NCBI GenBank assembly: GCA_963820525.1
Contig: CAWGAA010000003.1
Span: 960,001 to 1,024,000 of the forward strand
Origin: an uncultured Spirochaetota bacterium
GTDB taxonomy: Bacteria; Spirochaetota; Spirochaetia; SZUA-6; Fen-1364
Length of the DNA: 64,000 nucleotides
Reading direction: 5' to 3'
Part shown: one piece after another, positions 49,135 through 59,125 of the stretch
Numbering within the stretch: position 1 is the first letter of the stretch
How the letters are laid out: each line of letters begins with the position of its first letter
Notes under the pieces: generated by a model
Databases searched by the model: none
The model's input: only the letters and a program-made list of their open reading frames with translations
Told to the model about the DNA's origin: nothing
Program-made: the position numbers and the translations under genes

Positions 49135-49920
49135 ATGTCGGACGTGATCGGAGCCATCCCCTATCGCCTCGCGCTCGCCGGCGGATGGATAGACCAGCCT
49201 TTCGTCTCCCGGCTCAACCCCGATCCGCCCGGCTCCATGGTCGTGGTGGCCGTTCAGCCCGATTTCAGGTGGATGGATCGCTGCGGCATGGCCACGAGCA
49301 CGCGGCAGGCGGCCTCGCGGCTCTGGAACGGCGCGCTGCCCGCCCGGGATCCCGCAGACCTGGTGCGCGAGCTGTACGCGGAGGAGAACAGGGGCAAGGC
49401 GGATCCCTCGGGATCCCAGGACATGGTCGGCCTCATCTACCCCGGCGTCAGCAGGCTGGATTTCGACGCATCCTCGGAAGGAGGCGTGTTCCCCGAGCAC
49501 ATCGAGTCCAACACGGACCCGGCCGTCGCCCGATGGATCGAGGAGGTCGTCCGGGTGTTGCCCATTGCCCCGCGTCCCGAGAACTACAGCCCGCTGGGAG
49601 AGAAGAACCTGGATCCCGGGTGGATCGGCATGCTCGGCAGAACCGGGAAGGACTGCTTCAAGGCCATCGTGGAACGCGACATGCGAGCCCTGGGCCAGTC
49701 CATGAACGAGTGCATGAGATGCTGGGAGGCCATCCTTCCCCAGACGGTGCGGCATCCTTCAATCACCGTGGACCTCGCTGGAATTCTCAAGCAGTACCAG
49801 GAGCGATACGCCGGGGCCATGTACTCCGGCTGCGGCGGCGGCTACCTCTATGTCGTCTCGGACCGGCCGGTTGCGGGCTCGTTCACCGTGCGCGTGCGCA
49901 CCTCTTCCGAATACCTCTAG
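49135..49920 (+). CDS. Compact GHMP-kinase-like protein
   Basis: PYRLALAGGWID (motif 1), CGMATS (divergent motif 2), GSQD and YSGCGGGY (motif 3). Confidence 0.7.
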   Translation: MSDVIGAIPYRLALAGGWIDQPFVSRLNPDPPGSMVVVAVQPDFRWMDRCGMATSTRQAASRLWNGALPARDPADLVRELYAEENRGKADPSGSQDMVGLIYPGVSRLDFDASSEGGVFPEHIESNTDPAVARWIEEVVRVLPIAPRPENYSPLGEKNLDPGWIGMLGRTGKDCFKAIVERDMRALGQSMNECMRCWEAILPQTVRHPSITVDLAGILKQYQERYAGAMYSGCGGGYLYVVSDRPVAGSFTVRVRTSSEYL

Positions 49921-49922
49921 CC

Positions 49923-50735
49923 ATGCGGCGCGTCGTCGTCTGCGGAAGCTTCGACAACATACGCTCCGGCCGCGTCCGTCTCCTGCAGGAAGCCTCGCGC
50001 CTTGGAGAGGTTTCCGTCGCGCTCTGGTCCGACGAAACCGTACGAAGGATATCGGGAGCGGATCCCAAGTTTTCGGCGGATGAGCGGATGTACCTCATTG
50101 GCGCGCTCAGGTATGTTTCACATGTCTCGATTCACAACATGCCGAAAGGCCCTGATTCGCTTCCGCCGCTCGGGTTTCCCGCTCCGTCAATCTGGGTTGT
50201 CGATGCCAAGGAAGACTGCGCTGAAAAGCGGCACCAGGCCGCCTCCCGCGGCATCGAGTATATGGCTTTTGGGGAGAGGGAACTCGACGGTCTCCCTCTC
50301 GACGCGCCTGATCGCCGCGATGGACGGCGGAAAGTCCTGGTCACGGGCTGCTACGATTGGTTTCACTCCGGCCACGTACGCTTCTTCGAGGAAGTCTCCC
50401 GCCTGGGAGATCTCTCTGTGGTGGTGGGAAGCGACGCGAACGTGCGGATGCTCAAGGGGGAGGGTCATCCCCTGTTCTCCCAGGATGTGCGCCGATACAT
50501 GGCGGGCTCCGTGCGGTATGTCACCGAGGCACTCATCTCGACGGGACAGGGGTGGATGGACGCCGAGCCCGAGATCAGGCGGATCAGGCCCGATATATAC
50601 GCGGTCAACGAGGACGGCGACAAGCCGGAGAAACGTGCGTTCTGCGAGGCGAATGGGATCGAGTACGCGGTTCTGCGCCGCGTACCGCGAGCCGGGCTTC
50701 CCCGCAGGACCAGCACGGACCTTCGGGGGTTTTAG
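49923..50735 (+). CDS. Tandem cytidylyl/adenylyltransferase (HxGH family, TagD/RfaE-II-like)
   Basis: Domain 1 has GSFDNIRSGR (degenerate). Domain 2 has TGCYDWFHSGH, RPDIYAVNED and RTSTDLR. Confidence 0.82.
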   Translation: MRRVVVCGSFDNIRSGRVRLLQEASRLGEVSVALWSDETVRRISGADPKFSADERMYLIGALRYVSHVSIHNMPKGPDSLPPLGFPAPSIWVVDAKEDCAEKRHQAASRGIEYMAFGERELDGLPLDAPDRRDGRRKVLVTGCYDWFHSGHVRFFEEVSRLGDLSVVVGSDANVRMLKGEGHPLFSQDVRRYMAGSVRYVTEALISTGQGWMDAEPEIRRIRPDIYAVNEDGDKPEKRAFCEANGIEYAVLRRVPRAGLPRRTSTDLRGF

Positions 50736-50810
50736 TCTCAGCGCGGCGCTGCGCGCGGCAGCATGCCGCGCCGAGAGGAGGGGCCGCCCCGAAGAATGCC
50801 GCGCGGCCCC

Positions 50811-51809
50811 TCATTCCACGGGCGCTTCGGCCACCGGGAAAAGAAGCTTCTGGTTTTCGGGCTGGAACATGTTCTGCCGGTTGATGTCTATCGAGCCGGT
50901 GTTTATATAGCGCGGAGACTTTTTCCCGTCGATGAGCTCGCGGGCAACCTTGATCCCCAGGTAGCCCATGTTGAAGGGCTTCTGGATGATGGTGTCTCTG
51001 ATGATTCCCTGCTCCACATACTTGAGCACCCGGAAAGTGTTGTCGAACCCGACGAAAAAGATCTTTGCCGCCTTGCCCGATTCGACGAGCGCCCGCGCGG
51101 CTCCCCGCGCCGTGGGTTCGTTCAACGCCACAATCCCGCGGAGATCCCTCGTGCGCGCGATGAGGATCTTGGCCTGCACGTAGGCCCGGGAAGCGTCCGA
51201 GTTGCTGTACAGGGTGTCGAGCAGCTTCACCTTCCCGTCCAGAAAGTCCCGGACTCCCGCTTCGCGGTCTATGGCGGTTGAGCTTCCCTTCACGTAGCTC
51301 ATGATCGCCACGGTGTCTCCCGGCTTCACGAAGCGCATGAGGGCGGAGCCGCACTTCTGGCCTCCCTCGTAGCTGTTCGTGCCGATCCGCACGTCCGGGT
51401 CGTCCGAGTTGATGAAGGAATCGATGCAGACCAGGGGGATGCCCCGCCGTTTGATCTCCCGGGCCGGGGGAATGAGCAGGTTGTAATCCGCGGCCGCGAG
51501 CACGATCGCGTCGGGCTTTTCCTCCATTGCCTGCTTCACCATTTCGATCTGCTCCGCCACGTCGGTTTCGCTTGCAGGACCCCTGATGGATACATCGATC
51601 GCGAAATCCTTGCCCGCCGACACGATGCCGTCGCGCACGCTGCCCCAGAAAGGGGAGCCCGTGTAGTCGATGGTCTTGAAGATAACGACGGCTTTCCTGG
51701 GCTGCTCGAGGCTGGGGCCGAAAAGATGGCTGCCCCTATACAGGAGGGTGAGCGCGAGCGCGGCGAGGAGGGCCGCCGTAAAGAAGACCAATACCGTGCG
51801 ATCCTTCAC
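50811..51809 (-). CDS. Sugar-binding protein associated with the two-component system
   Basis: SPFWGSVRDG, KPDAIVLAA, GTNSYEGG, FVGFD and IQKPFNMGYLG; GTGA overlap with the kinase stop. Confidence 0.88.
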   Translation of the reverse strand: MKDRTVLVFFTAALLAALALTLLYRGSHLFGPSLEQPRKAVVIFKTIDYTGSPFWGSVRDGIVSAGKDFAIDVSIRGPASETDVAEQIEMVKQAMEEKPDAIVLAAADYNLLIPPAREIKRRGIPLVCIDSFINSDDPDVRIGTNSYEGGQKCGSALMRFVKPGDTVAIMSYVKGSSTAIDREAGVRDFLDGKVKLLDTLYSNSDASRAYVQAKILIARTRDLRGIVALNEPTARGAARALVESGKAAKIFFVGFDNTFRVLKYVEQGIIRDTIIQKPFNMGYLGIKVARELIDGKKSPRYINTGSIDINRQNMFQPENQKLLFPVAEAPVE

Positions 51810-53560
51810 GGAGTCTCTCCTTCCGCGATGACGGGGATCCTGATGGTCGCCGTCGTGCCCATTCCCGGCGCGCTCTCGAACTGAACGCCGAACTCGGGAC
51901 CGAAATAAAGCCGGATCCTCTCCTGCACGTTGCGTACCCCAACGCCGCTGCTCTGGCTGGGCTCTATTTTTCCGCCCTGAAGCGCCTCCAGCTGCGCCGC
52001 CGGCATTCCCACCCCGTTGTCGCTTATCCTGATGACCATGGTCTCCCCATCCAGCTCGCCGATGATCCTGATCAGCCCCGGGCCTTCGCTGTTCTTGATC
52101 CCGTGGTAGATCGCGTTTTCCACCAGCGGCTGGATGAGGAGCTTCAGGATCTGGCGGTTGAACAGCTCCGGAGTGAAGGCGAGCTCGTACGAAAGCTTGT
52201 CCTTGTACCGCTCCTTCTGGATGGCCAGGTAGGTCTCGACGTACTCGATCTCGGTCCTCACGCTGATGGTCTCGCTGCCGCGGCTGAGGCCGAGGCGGAA
52301 GAACTTGGCAAGGGAGGAGGTCATGTCGATGGCGCGCTGGCTCTCGCCAAGCTCGATCATCCAAATGATCGAGTCGAGGATGTTGTAGAGGAAGTGGGGG
52401 TTGATCTGCGCCTGCAGGGCCCGAAGCTCGAGCTTCCGCTTCAGCTCCTGCTCCCTGCGGCTCTGTTCGATGAGGTCGCGGACCTTCTTGACCGCGATGT
52501 CGCAGTCCCGTGCGAGCTGGTAGACCTCGTTCGACGAGTTCACCGTGATGTCGATATCGAAGTTCCCGCTTTCCACGGCCTGCATGGAAAGGCGCAGCGA
52601 CTCGATGGGCCGGGAGATGCTTCTCGAAAGAAGAGAGGCGACGCCGATCGCCGCCACGAAGGCAAGGAGCGACAGGAGGAGGAAATAGTATTCAGCCTCG
52701 CGGCTGGCCCCGAAAAGCTCGTCCAGGTAGGAGACGGCGACCACCGTCCATCCCGTCTGTTCGGAGTTCACCGACGTGTACAGGATGGCCCTCCCATCCA
52801 CGACGGCGTTGAGGTAGCCCCCGTTCAGGGCCAGCACGTCTGCGATCCGCTCGGACTTCAGGTTCCCGTAGATGAGCTGCTGGCGGGGGTGATAGACGAT
52901 CTCGCCATTGCGGTTGAGGATGAAGACATAGCCGGACTTGCCCAGCCGGATGTCCCGGCACAGGCTCGCGATGATGTCGTAGTTCAGGTCCACCTGGATG
53001 ATGCCGATGCCCTCGGTTTCGGGGGTTTCCCGCATGTCGCGCACCAGGGAGATGACCCAGGGATAGCGGTTGTCGACGAGGTTTTCGACGTGGGCCGAGG
53101 AGACCGAGGGTCTGCCCGACGCCAATCCCGCCTCCAGCTCTTCGAAGCGCTCCCGGAAGCTCACCGTTGGGTTGAGCCTTCCGCCCGGCGCGGATGCGAT
53201 GGCCCTTCCGTCACGGGTGATGAGGAAGAGCGAATCGATGTCCCTGCGCACCGAACGGATGGCCTCGAAGGACTTGCCTATCGCTGCGCGAAGCTCGGGA
53301 GAGTCGGCGCCGGGGCTCGACATGAAAACACGGACATCCTCGTTGTTCACCGCCACGAGGGCGATGTCGTCCATGTACTTGATGTAGTTCTCGATGACCC
53401 TTTTCATCTGGTTGACGACCTGCGTCGTCGCCTCCTCGGCGTTCTGCACGAGGATCTTTCTGAGGTAATAGACCGAGAGTGCCCCCAGGAGGAGGATGGT
53501 GAAGATGATGAGGGCCGTGAAAGCCCTGATGAGGGTGTTCTGGATGCGGCGGATCTTCAT
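51806..53560 (-). CDS. YesM/LytS-like sensor histidine kinase (Cache-HAMP-His_kinase-HATPase)
   Basis: LQAQINPHFLYN, QPLVENAIYHG, DNGVGM and GVGVRNV. Confidence 0.93.
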   Translation of the reverse strand: MKIRRIQNTLIRAFTALIIFTILLLGALSVYYLRKILVQNAEEATTQVVNQMKRVIENYIKYMDDIALVAVNNEDVRVFMSSPGADSPELRAAIGKSFEAIRSVRRDIDSLFLITRDGRAIASAPGGRLNPTVSFRERFEELEAGLASGRPSVSSAHVENLVDNRYPWVISLVRDMRETPETEGIGIIQVDLNYDIIASLCRDIRLGKSGYVFILNRNGEIVYHPRQQLIYGNLKSERIADVLALNGGYLNAVVDGRAILYTSVNSEQTGWTVVAVSYLDELFGASREAEYYFLLLSLLAFVAAIGVASLLSRSISRPIESLRLSMQAVESGNFDIDITVNSSNEVYQLARDCDIAVKKVRDLIEQSRREQELKRKLELRALQAQINPHFLYNILDSIIWMIELGESQRAIDMTSSLAKFFRLGLSRGSETISVRTEIEYVETYLAIQKERYKDKLSYELAFTPELFNRQILKLLIQPLVENAIYHGIKNSEGPGLIRIIGELDGETMVIRISDNGVGMPAAQLEALQGGKIEPSQSSGVGVRNVQERIRLYFGPEFGVQFESAPGMGTTATIRIPVIAEGETP

Positions 53561-55167
53561 CTGTCGTCGAGCTTCCCGCGGTTCTGGTTCCTGAACTCGG
53601 AGGGCGTGATGCCCGCGTGCTTCTTGAACAGCGAGCTGAAGTAGCGGGCGTCGGGATACCCGCACGCCTCGGCGATTTCATAGGTCATGAGGTCCGTCGT
53701 CGCCAGGAGCTCCCTGGCCCTCGCGAGACGGAACTCGGTGAGGTAATCCACGAAGCTCTTGTTCAGGTGGCGCTTCACGAGCTTCGACAGGTAGCTCGCG
53801 CTGATGGAGAGGCTGTCGGCGACTTTCTGGATGTGCAGATCCTCCTCCGCGTAGTGTCGCGCGAGGTACTCCTTGAAGTCCAGGACCTTCCACTGGGGGA
53901 GGGGGAGGTTGCGGGAGGCGAGCGCCGTCGCTGCGAAAACGGAAAGCCGGGAAAGGACGGCCTGCACCTCCTCCGCCGTGCGCAGGCGTTCCACGGTCCT
54001 GTAGTAATCGATGCCGAGCTCGCGGGCGACGGTTGCCGAGGAAACCCCAAGGCCGCCGAAGTCGTCGAGGATGGTCGCGAACAGGTCGTCAATTTCGTGC
54101 CGAATCCTCTGCGGGGAGAGGCCCGCGCCGCGCATGGCGCGGAAAAAGGCGTCCGCCTGCGCCCCGGTCTCCGCGGCGTCACCCGACAGCAGGGAACGGC
54201 AGAGCTTTTCGCTTCGCGATCTGAGCTCCGCGATGCAGGCGGGATCGTCCTCCCTGGCTTGCGTGTAACGGAACGCCTTTCCCGCTTCCGTGACCAGGCG
54301 GCAGGCCAGAGCGGCCGTGGCCTCATCATAGGTCCGGGAGGCGTCGACCCAGCTCTCGTAAGCCCTGCCGATCCCGACCGTCGTCTCCGGCCCGGAGGCG
54401 GCGACGGCTTTTACGCCGACGATCTCCGCCTGTCTGTCGCAGCTCTGTGCGTCTGCTTCGAAGACGAGGACGGCCTCGCGGTCCTCCCGCGGTCGGAAAA
54501 CGAGGGCCCTGCGGGCCGAGCCGGCGGCCTGGGCCAGGGGCTGCGGGAGGAGACCATCAGCGGCCCCCGCCCCCTCGCCGGCCTGTCCTTCGGGAATGGA
54601 CGGGGGCCTCTCGGCGACTACTGCTACGCACGCGAGGCCCTTCGGGGAGAAGCCGAACAGGTCACGGAACTTCTCTTCGGAAATGCCCGGCGTTCCCGAG
54701 ACGATGTCCAGGAGGCTGCGCACTTTGAGAAGGCTTTCTCCCCTGTCGGCCCGCTCCTTGAGCATTGTTTCGTCCTCGCGGGAGCGCCGGTCGGCGTCGA
54801 GCTTCGCCTTGAGCTTGACCACGAGGTTGCCGAGCTCACGCGAGGTCACCGGCTTCAGCACGTAGTCGAAGACCTTCGTCCTGATCGCCTTCTGGGCGTA
54901 TTCGAACTCGTCATAGCCGGAGAGGATAACGACAAGGGTGTCGGGGCAGTTTTCGGCCGCGTACGCCGCCACCGCCAGCCCGTCGACGTGGGGCATGTAG
55001 ATGTCGGTCATCACCACGTCGGGATGAAGGCTGTCGATGGCTTCGATTGCCTCCCTGCCGTCGCGGCAGGGCTCCAGGAACTCGAAGCCGAGGCTCTTCC
55101 AGTCGATCTTGTCGGTGAATCCGCGGCGGACGATCTCTTCGTCGTCCACCATCAAAAACCTGTACAT
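53557..55167 (-). CDS. YesN-like response regulator (REC plus AraC HTH)
   Basis: MVDDE, MTDIYMP, LSGYDEFEYAQ; SYLSKLVK and IAEACGYPDARYFSSLFKKHAGITPSEFR. Confidence 0.93.
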   Translation of the reverse strand: MYRFLMVDDEEIVRRGFTDKIDWKSLGFEFLEPCRDGREAIEAIDSLHPDVVMTDIYMPHVDGLAVAAYAAENCPDTLVVILSGYDEFEYAQKAIRTKVFDYVLKPVTSRELGNLVVKLKAKLDADRRSREDETMLKERADRGESLLKVRSLLDIVSGTPGISEEKFRDLFGFSPKGLACVAVVAERPPSIPEGQAGEGAGAADGLLPQPLAQAAGSARRALVFRPREDREAVLVFEADAQSCDRQAEIVGVKAVAASGPETTVGIGRAYESWVDASRTYDEATAALACRLVTEAGKAFRYTQAREDDPACIAELRSRSEKLCRSLLSGDAAETGAQADAFFRAMRGAGLSPQRIRHEIDDLFATILDDFGGLGVSSATVARELGIDYYRTVERLRTAEEVQAVLSRLSVFAATALASRNLPLPQWKVLDFKEYLARHYAEEDLHIQKVADSLSISASYLSKLVKRHLNKSFVDYLTEFRLARARELLATTDLMTYEIAEACGYPDARYFSSLFKKHAGITPSEFRNQNRGKLDDR

Positions 55168-55273
55168 TACTGGTGCCGTCCGCTGTGCGTATGTCATCTT
55201 CGCCCGCAATGAACGAGCCATAATAAACCCTCTTGCTCAAGAGATGAAAGCGGCTGACGTGCCCCCTTCCCCG

Positions 55274-55313
55274 AAAAAAAATGGCCGTCCGTCTCTTTCG
55301 ACACGGGCGGCCG
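55274..55313 (-). terminator. Rho-independent terminator of the ABC transporter operon
   Basis: Minus strand GC-rich stem CGGCCGCCCGT...ACGGACGGCCA followed by a T run. Confidence 0.7.
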
Positions 55314-55377
55314 TCAGGGCGTTCCCTCGGGAACGCCCTGGGGCAGCATCAGAGAGGTTCAGAGAACCGAGATCGGT

Positions 55378-56337
55378 TTAATACAGGACGTTCTTCGCTG
55401 CGGTGCTGTCGATGTTGTCCTTGGTCACGATAATGAACCCGGTGTCGACCTTTGCCGGGACCTTCTTCTTCGCAATAGCGGCGTCATACGCGGTTTTGAC
55501 CCCGAGATAGCCCATATTGTAGGAGCTCTGCACGGCGATTGCCTGCAAGGTGCCGTCCTTGATGAAGTTCTGCAGGGGCGCATTGCCGTCAAAGCCGATC
55601 GCAACGATCTTTCCGGCGAGCCCTGCCTGCGCGATGGCACGACCCATTCCAACCGCGGTAGGCTCATTGGCGCCAAAGATACCCACGAGGTCCGGGTTCG
55701 CGGCAAGGACGTTGGTGGTCTGGTTGAGCGCGGTGGGCATGTCGGCGTTGGAGTACTGGGTGGTCACGATCTTAAGGTGCGAGTTCTTTGCGATGTAGTC
55801 CTTAAATCCGCCCACGCGGCCGATCTCTGAACCGACGCCTGCAACATAGGACATGACCGCGATATTTCCCGAGTCGCTGCCGGTCGCCGCCTTCACGCGA
55901 TCGATAAGCTCCTTTGCGCATGCCCTTCCGGCCGCGTCATTGTCCGTGGCCAGGAAGGAGACGTAGTTCGACGGATCTCCGGTCAGAAGGGAGTCGATGA
56001 CGACGACCGGGATTCCGGCAGCCTTCGCCTTCTTCACCACGGGGACCAGGGCGGTTACGTCCGAGGGGGCGAGGACAATGCCCTTGACGCCGCGGTCGAT
56101 CGCGCTTTCAACGATGTTGATCTCCTCGGTGATATTGCTCTCGGATTGGGGCCCGAGGAACGTGACCGAGAGCTTCGGGCTCAGCGCCTTGAGCTCTTTC
56201 TGGGCATTGAAACACCCGGTCTGCACATTCTGCCAGAAACTGGAGTTGCCCGTCTTGACGATGACCGCGATCTCCTGGGCCGAAAGCGCCCCGGCGACGA
56301 AGGCCAGCATCATGAGGATGATGAGCAGCTTTTTCAT
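55378..56337 (-). CDS. Sugar ABC transporter substrate-binding protein (RbsB-like)
   Basis: AAGGAGG SD; signal peptide; VKTGNSSFWQ, ATDN, GANEP, IGFD and VQSSYNMGY. Confidence 0.92.
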   Translation of the reverse strand: MKKLLIILMMLAFVAGALSAQEIAVIVKTGNSSFWQNVQTGCFNAQKELKALSPKLSVTFLGPQSESNITEEINIVESAIDRGVKGIVLAPSDVTALVPVVKKAKAAGIPVVVIDSLLTGDPSNYVSFLATDNDAAGRACAKELIDRVKAATGSDSGNIAVMSYVAGVGSEIGRVGGFKDYIAKNSHLKIVTTQYSNADMPTALNQTTNVLAANPDLVGIFGANEPTAVGMGRAIAQAGLAGKIVAIGFDGNAPLQNFIKDGTLQAIAVQSSYNMGYLGVKTAYDAAIAKKKVPAKVDTGFIIVTKDNIDSTAAKNVLY

Positions 56338-56439
56338 AAAAACCTCCTTCACGAATATCACAGTCCATACGGACTGCGTTTCCCGATGGTATGATGTCCT
56401 GCGCGGACTTCGCCGCTGCGGGACGACAACTCCCTGCCG

Positions 56440-57444
56440 CTACTTCCTCCTGATCTGATCGAAGTATACGGCGAAAATGACGACGAGCCCGATAACGATC
56501 TGCTGCATGAAGTAATTCGCCCCCTGCATCGTGAGACCGACCGTGAGTATGCCGATGATAAAAGACCCGATCACCGTCCCTCCCACCGTGCCCACGCCCC
56601 CCATGAAGCTCGTACCGCCAATGATGGCGGCGGCAATTGCGTTCAGCTCATAGCCCACTGCGCTGTTGGGCTGGGAGGTGACCATCCGCGAGGCGAGGAT
56701 GATGCCGACCAGGCCCGCGAGCAAGGCGCAGAAGATGTAGTTGACGATTTTGACCTGGCCGACCTTGATCCCGGAAAGCCGCGCCGCCTCTTCATTCGAC
56801 CCGACGGCGTAGGTGTACCTCCCGATCCGCGTTTTCTTGAGGATGAAGTGGCAGACGAGGGCTACCACGATCATGATGAGCACCGGGTAGGGTATGCCGG
56901 GGAATTGGGGCCCGATCCCGAAGACGGTGTTGTTGCCCAGCGCGCCGAAGGATTCCGGCGCCGGCTTCGCGTTGGCGTTCGTTATCGTAAGGGCGACCCC
57001 GCGAACGACATCCATCATGCCGAGCGTCGCGATGAAGGGAGGCAGCTTCATCCTGGTGATCAGAAGGCCGTTGACGAGGCCGCAGGCGACTCCGACGAGC
57101 AGACCGATGAGCATGCTGGCCCAGATCGGGACTCCGGCAATCGATGCCATCACGGCGACCGTACCGGTGAGGGCGATGACCGATCCGATGGAGAGATCGA
57201 TGCCGGCCGTGATGATGGTGAAGGTCACGCCGATGCCCATGAGGGTTGTCGTGCTTGTCTGCAGGGCGAGGGAAAGGATGCTTCGCATGGTGAAGAAATT
57301 CTTCGCCGTTATCGAGAAAACGGCAAACAGCACGACAACGGCGCCGAAGGTGATGAACTTGTCCAGGGCCAGCTGGGAACGCCTCTGCACGCCTCCGACC
57401 TCCAGGGCGCGCTCTTCGACGGGTTTCGGTGCGAAATCATTCAT
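56440..57444 (-). CDS. Sugar ABC transporter permease (RbsC-like)
   Basis: AGIDLSIGS, LPPFIATLG, YAVGSNEEAARLSGI and ELNAIAAAIIGG. Confidence 0.93.
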   Translation of the reverse strand: MNDFAPKPVEERALEVGGVQRRSQLALDKFITFGAVVVLFAVFSITAKNFFTMRSILSLALQTSTTTLMGIGVTFTIITAGIDLSIGSVIALTGTVAVMASIAGVPIWASMLIGLLVGVACGLVNGLLITRMKLPPFIATLGMMDVVRGVALTITNANAKPAPESFGALGNNTVFGIGPQFPGIPYPVLIMIVVALVCHFILKKTRIGRYTYAVGSNEEAARLSGIKVGQVKIVNYIFCALLAGLVGIILASRMVTSQPNSAVGYELNAIAAAIIGGTSFMGGVGTVGGTVIGSFIIGILTVGLTMQGANYFMQQIVIGLVVIFAVYFDQIRRK

Positions 57445-57459
57445 GACTGTGCCTCTCGT

Positions 57460-58998
57460 TCAGCGGGTTTTGGTGCGGTGCTCGGACCCGCTGCCTGTCG
57501 CCGTGCCAACCCCGGCGGCGAAGTTCAGGATCTCCTCCTGGGTGGTGTCTTTTGTGACCAGCGTCGCTTTGAGACTTCCTTCATGGAGCACCAGGACGCG
57601 GTCCGTCATGCCCAGGATCTCGGAAAGCTCTGCGGAGATCATGATGACCCCGACCCCCCCCCGGGCCAGGCGCTCGATGAGCTCGTAGATCGCGTACTTG
57701 GTGCCGACGTCGATGCCGCGGGTCGGCTCGTCGAAGATTAAAATCTTCGAGTTGCAGAAGAGCCACTTGGCGACGACCACTTTCTGTTGGTTGCCGCCGG
57801 AGAGGTTGTTGACCACCTGGGTGAGACTCGGAGTCTTTATCGTGAGCTCGTCCACGTACTTCTGGCAGGCTTCCAACTCCCGGCTGCGGGAGATCACGCC
57901 GAACCTCTGCGAGACGTGCTTCATGTTGGCCATGGTGACGTTCTCTGCCAGCTGCATCCTCACGGCCAGCCCTTCCAGCTTCCTGTTCTCCGAGAGGTAC
58001 GCAATCCCCGCCTGTATGGAATCCGAGGGCGAGGCCAGGGACAGCCTGCGGCCGTTCATGATCACTTCCCCCGAATCGATGTGATCCGCCCCGAAGATGG
58101 CCCTGGCCAGCTCCGATCTGCCCGCGCCCATGAGGCCCGCAATGCCCAGGATCTCATTCTTGTACAGGTCGAAGGAGATGCCATGAAGGATGCCCTTGCG
58201 GACGATGTTTCGGACCTCGAGGATCTTCTCGCCGGTGGGGATGTTGCGCTTGGGTGGGAACTTGTTCTCCAGCTTGCGTCCCACCATCCGGCTCACGATC
58301 TCCTCAATGCTGATCGCGTTGTACTGGTCGGTGCTGACGTGGTGGCCGTCTCGAAAGATGGATATCCGATCTACGATGTGCTTCAGCTCTTCCAGGCGAT
58401 GTGAGATGTAGATGATTGCCACCCCATGGTCGCGCAGCGTGTGAATGACGTTGAAAAGCTCGTCTATCTCGGATTCCGGGAGCGCGCTGGTCGGTTCGTC
58501 CATGATGAGGACTTCCGACTCGAAGGAGAGGGATTTCGCGATCTCCACCATCTGCTGCTTGGAAATGGGAAGCCGGTTAAGCGTTACGGTGGGATCGATA
58601 TGGAGATTGAGCCGCTCGAGGATAGCCACCGCATCCACGTTCATCTTCTTTTCATTGAGGGTCCCCAACCTCGTCAAGGGTTCCCTGCCGATGAAGATGT
58701 TGGCGGCCACCGAGAGATGGGGAATGAGGTTGAGCTCCTGGTAGATGATGGCGATGCCGGCGTCGCGGGCCTGCGTGGAGTCCTGAAACCGGACCTGCTT
58801 GCCCTTATACGTGATCACACCCTCGTCGGCCTGGTAATCTCCGCAGAGAATCCTCATGAGGGTCGATTTGCCCGCCCCGTTTTCGCCGACCAGGGCGTGG
58901 ACCTCGCCCTTTCGCAGGTCAAACGATACGCGGTCCAGCGCCTTCACTCCGGGAAAGCTCTTGGAAACGTTCTCTACTTCTAGGATGACCTCGGGCAT
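57460..58998 (-). CDS. Sugar ABC transporter ATP-binding protein (RbsA-like)
   Basis: GENGAGKSTL, MDEPTSAL, LSGGNQQKV and FDEPTRGIDVG. Confidence 0.94.
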   Translation of the reverse strand: MPEVILEVENVSKSFPGVKALDRVSFDLRKGEVHALVGENGAGKSTLMRILCGDYQADEGVITYKGKQVRFQDSTQARDAGIAIIYQELNLIPHLSVAANIFIGREPLTRLGTLNEKKMNVDAVAILERLNLHIDPTVTLNRLPISKQQMVEIAKSLSFESEVLIMDEPTSALPESEIDELFNVIHTLRDHGVAIIYISHRLEELKHIVDRISIFRDGHHVSTDQYNAISIEEIVSRMVGRKLENKFPPKRNIPTGEKILEVRNIVRKGILHGISFDLYKNEILGIAGLMGAGRSELARAIFGADHIDSGEVIMNGRRLSLASPSDSIQAGIAYLSENRKLEGLAVRMQLAENVTMANMKHVSQRFGVISRSRELEACQKYVDELTIKTPSLTQVVNNLSGGNQQKVVVAKWLFCNSKILIFDEPTRGIDVGTKYAIYELIERLARGGVGVIMISAELSEILGMTDRVLVLHEGSLKATLVTKDTTQEEILNFAAGVGTATGSGSEHRTKTR

Positions 58999-59125
58999 GC
59001 GCGCGCAATCCTCTCCCCATCAGGTATGCACGCTTTCACCGGGCGCGCAATCGAGAATACGGCACAAAGTGTTGGTTTTTCGGCACTCTCTCCGCACGAC
59101 GCCCGTGCGGCGCCCTTCCGGGCTT

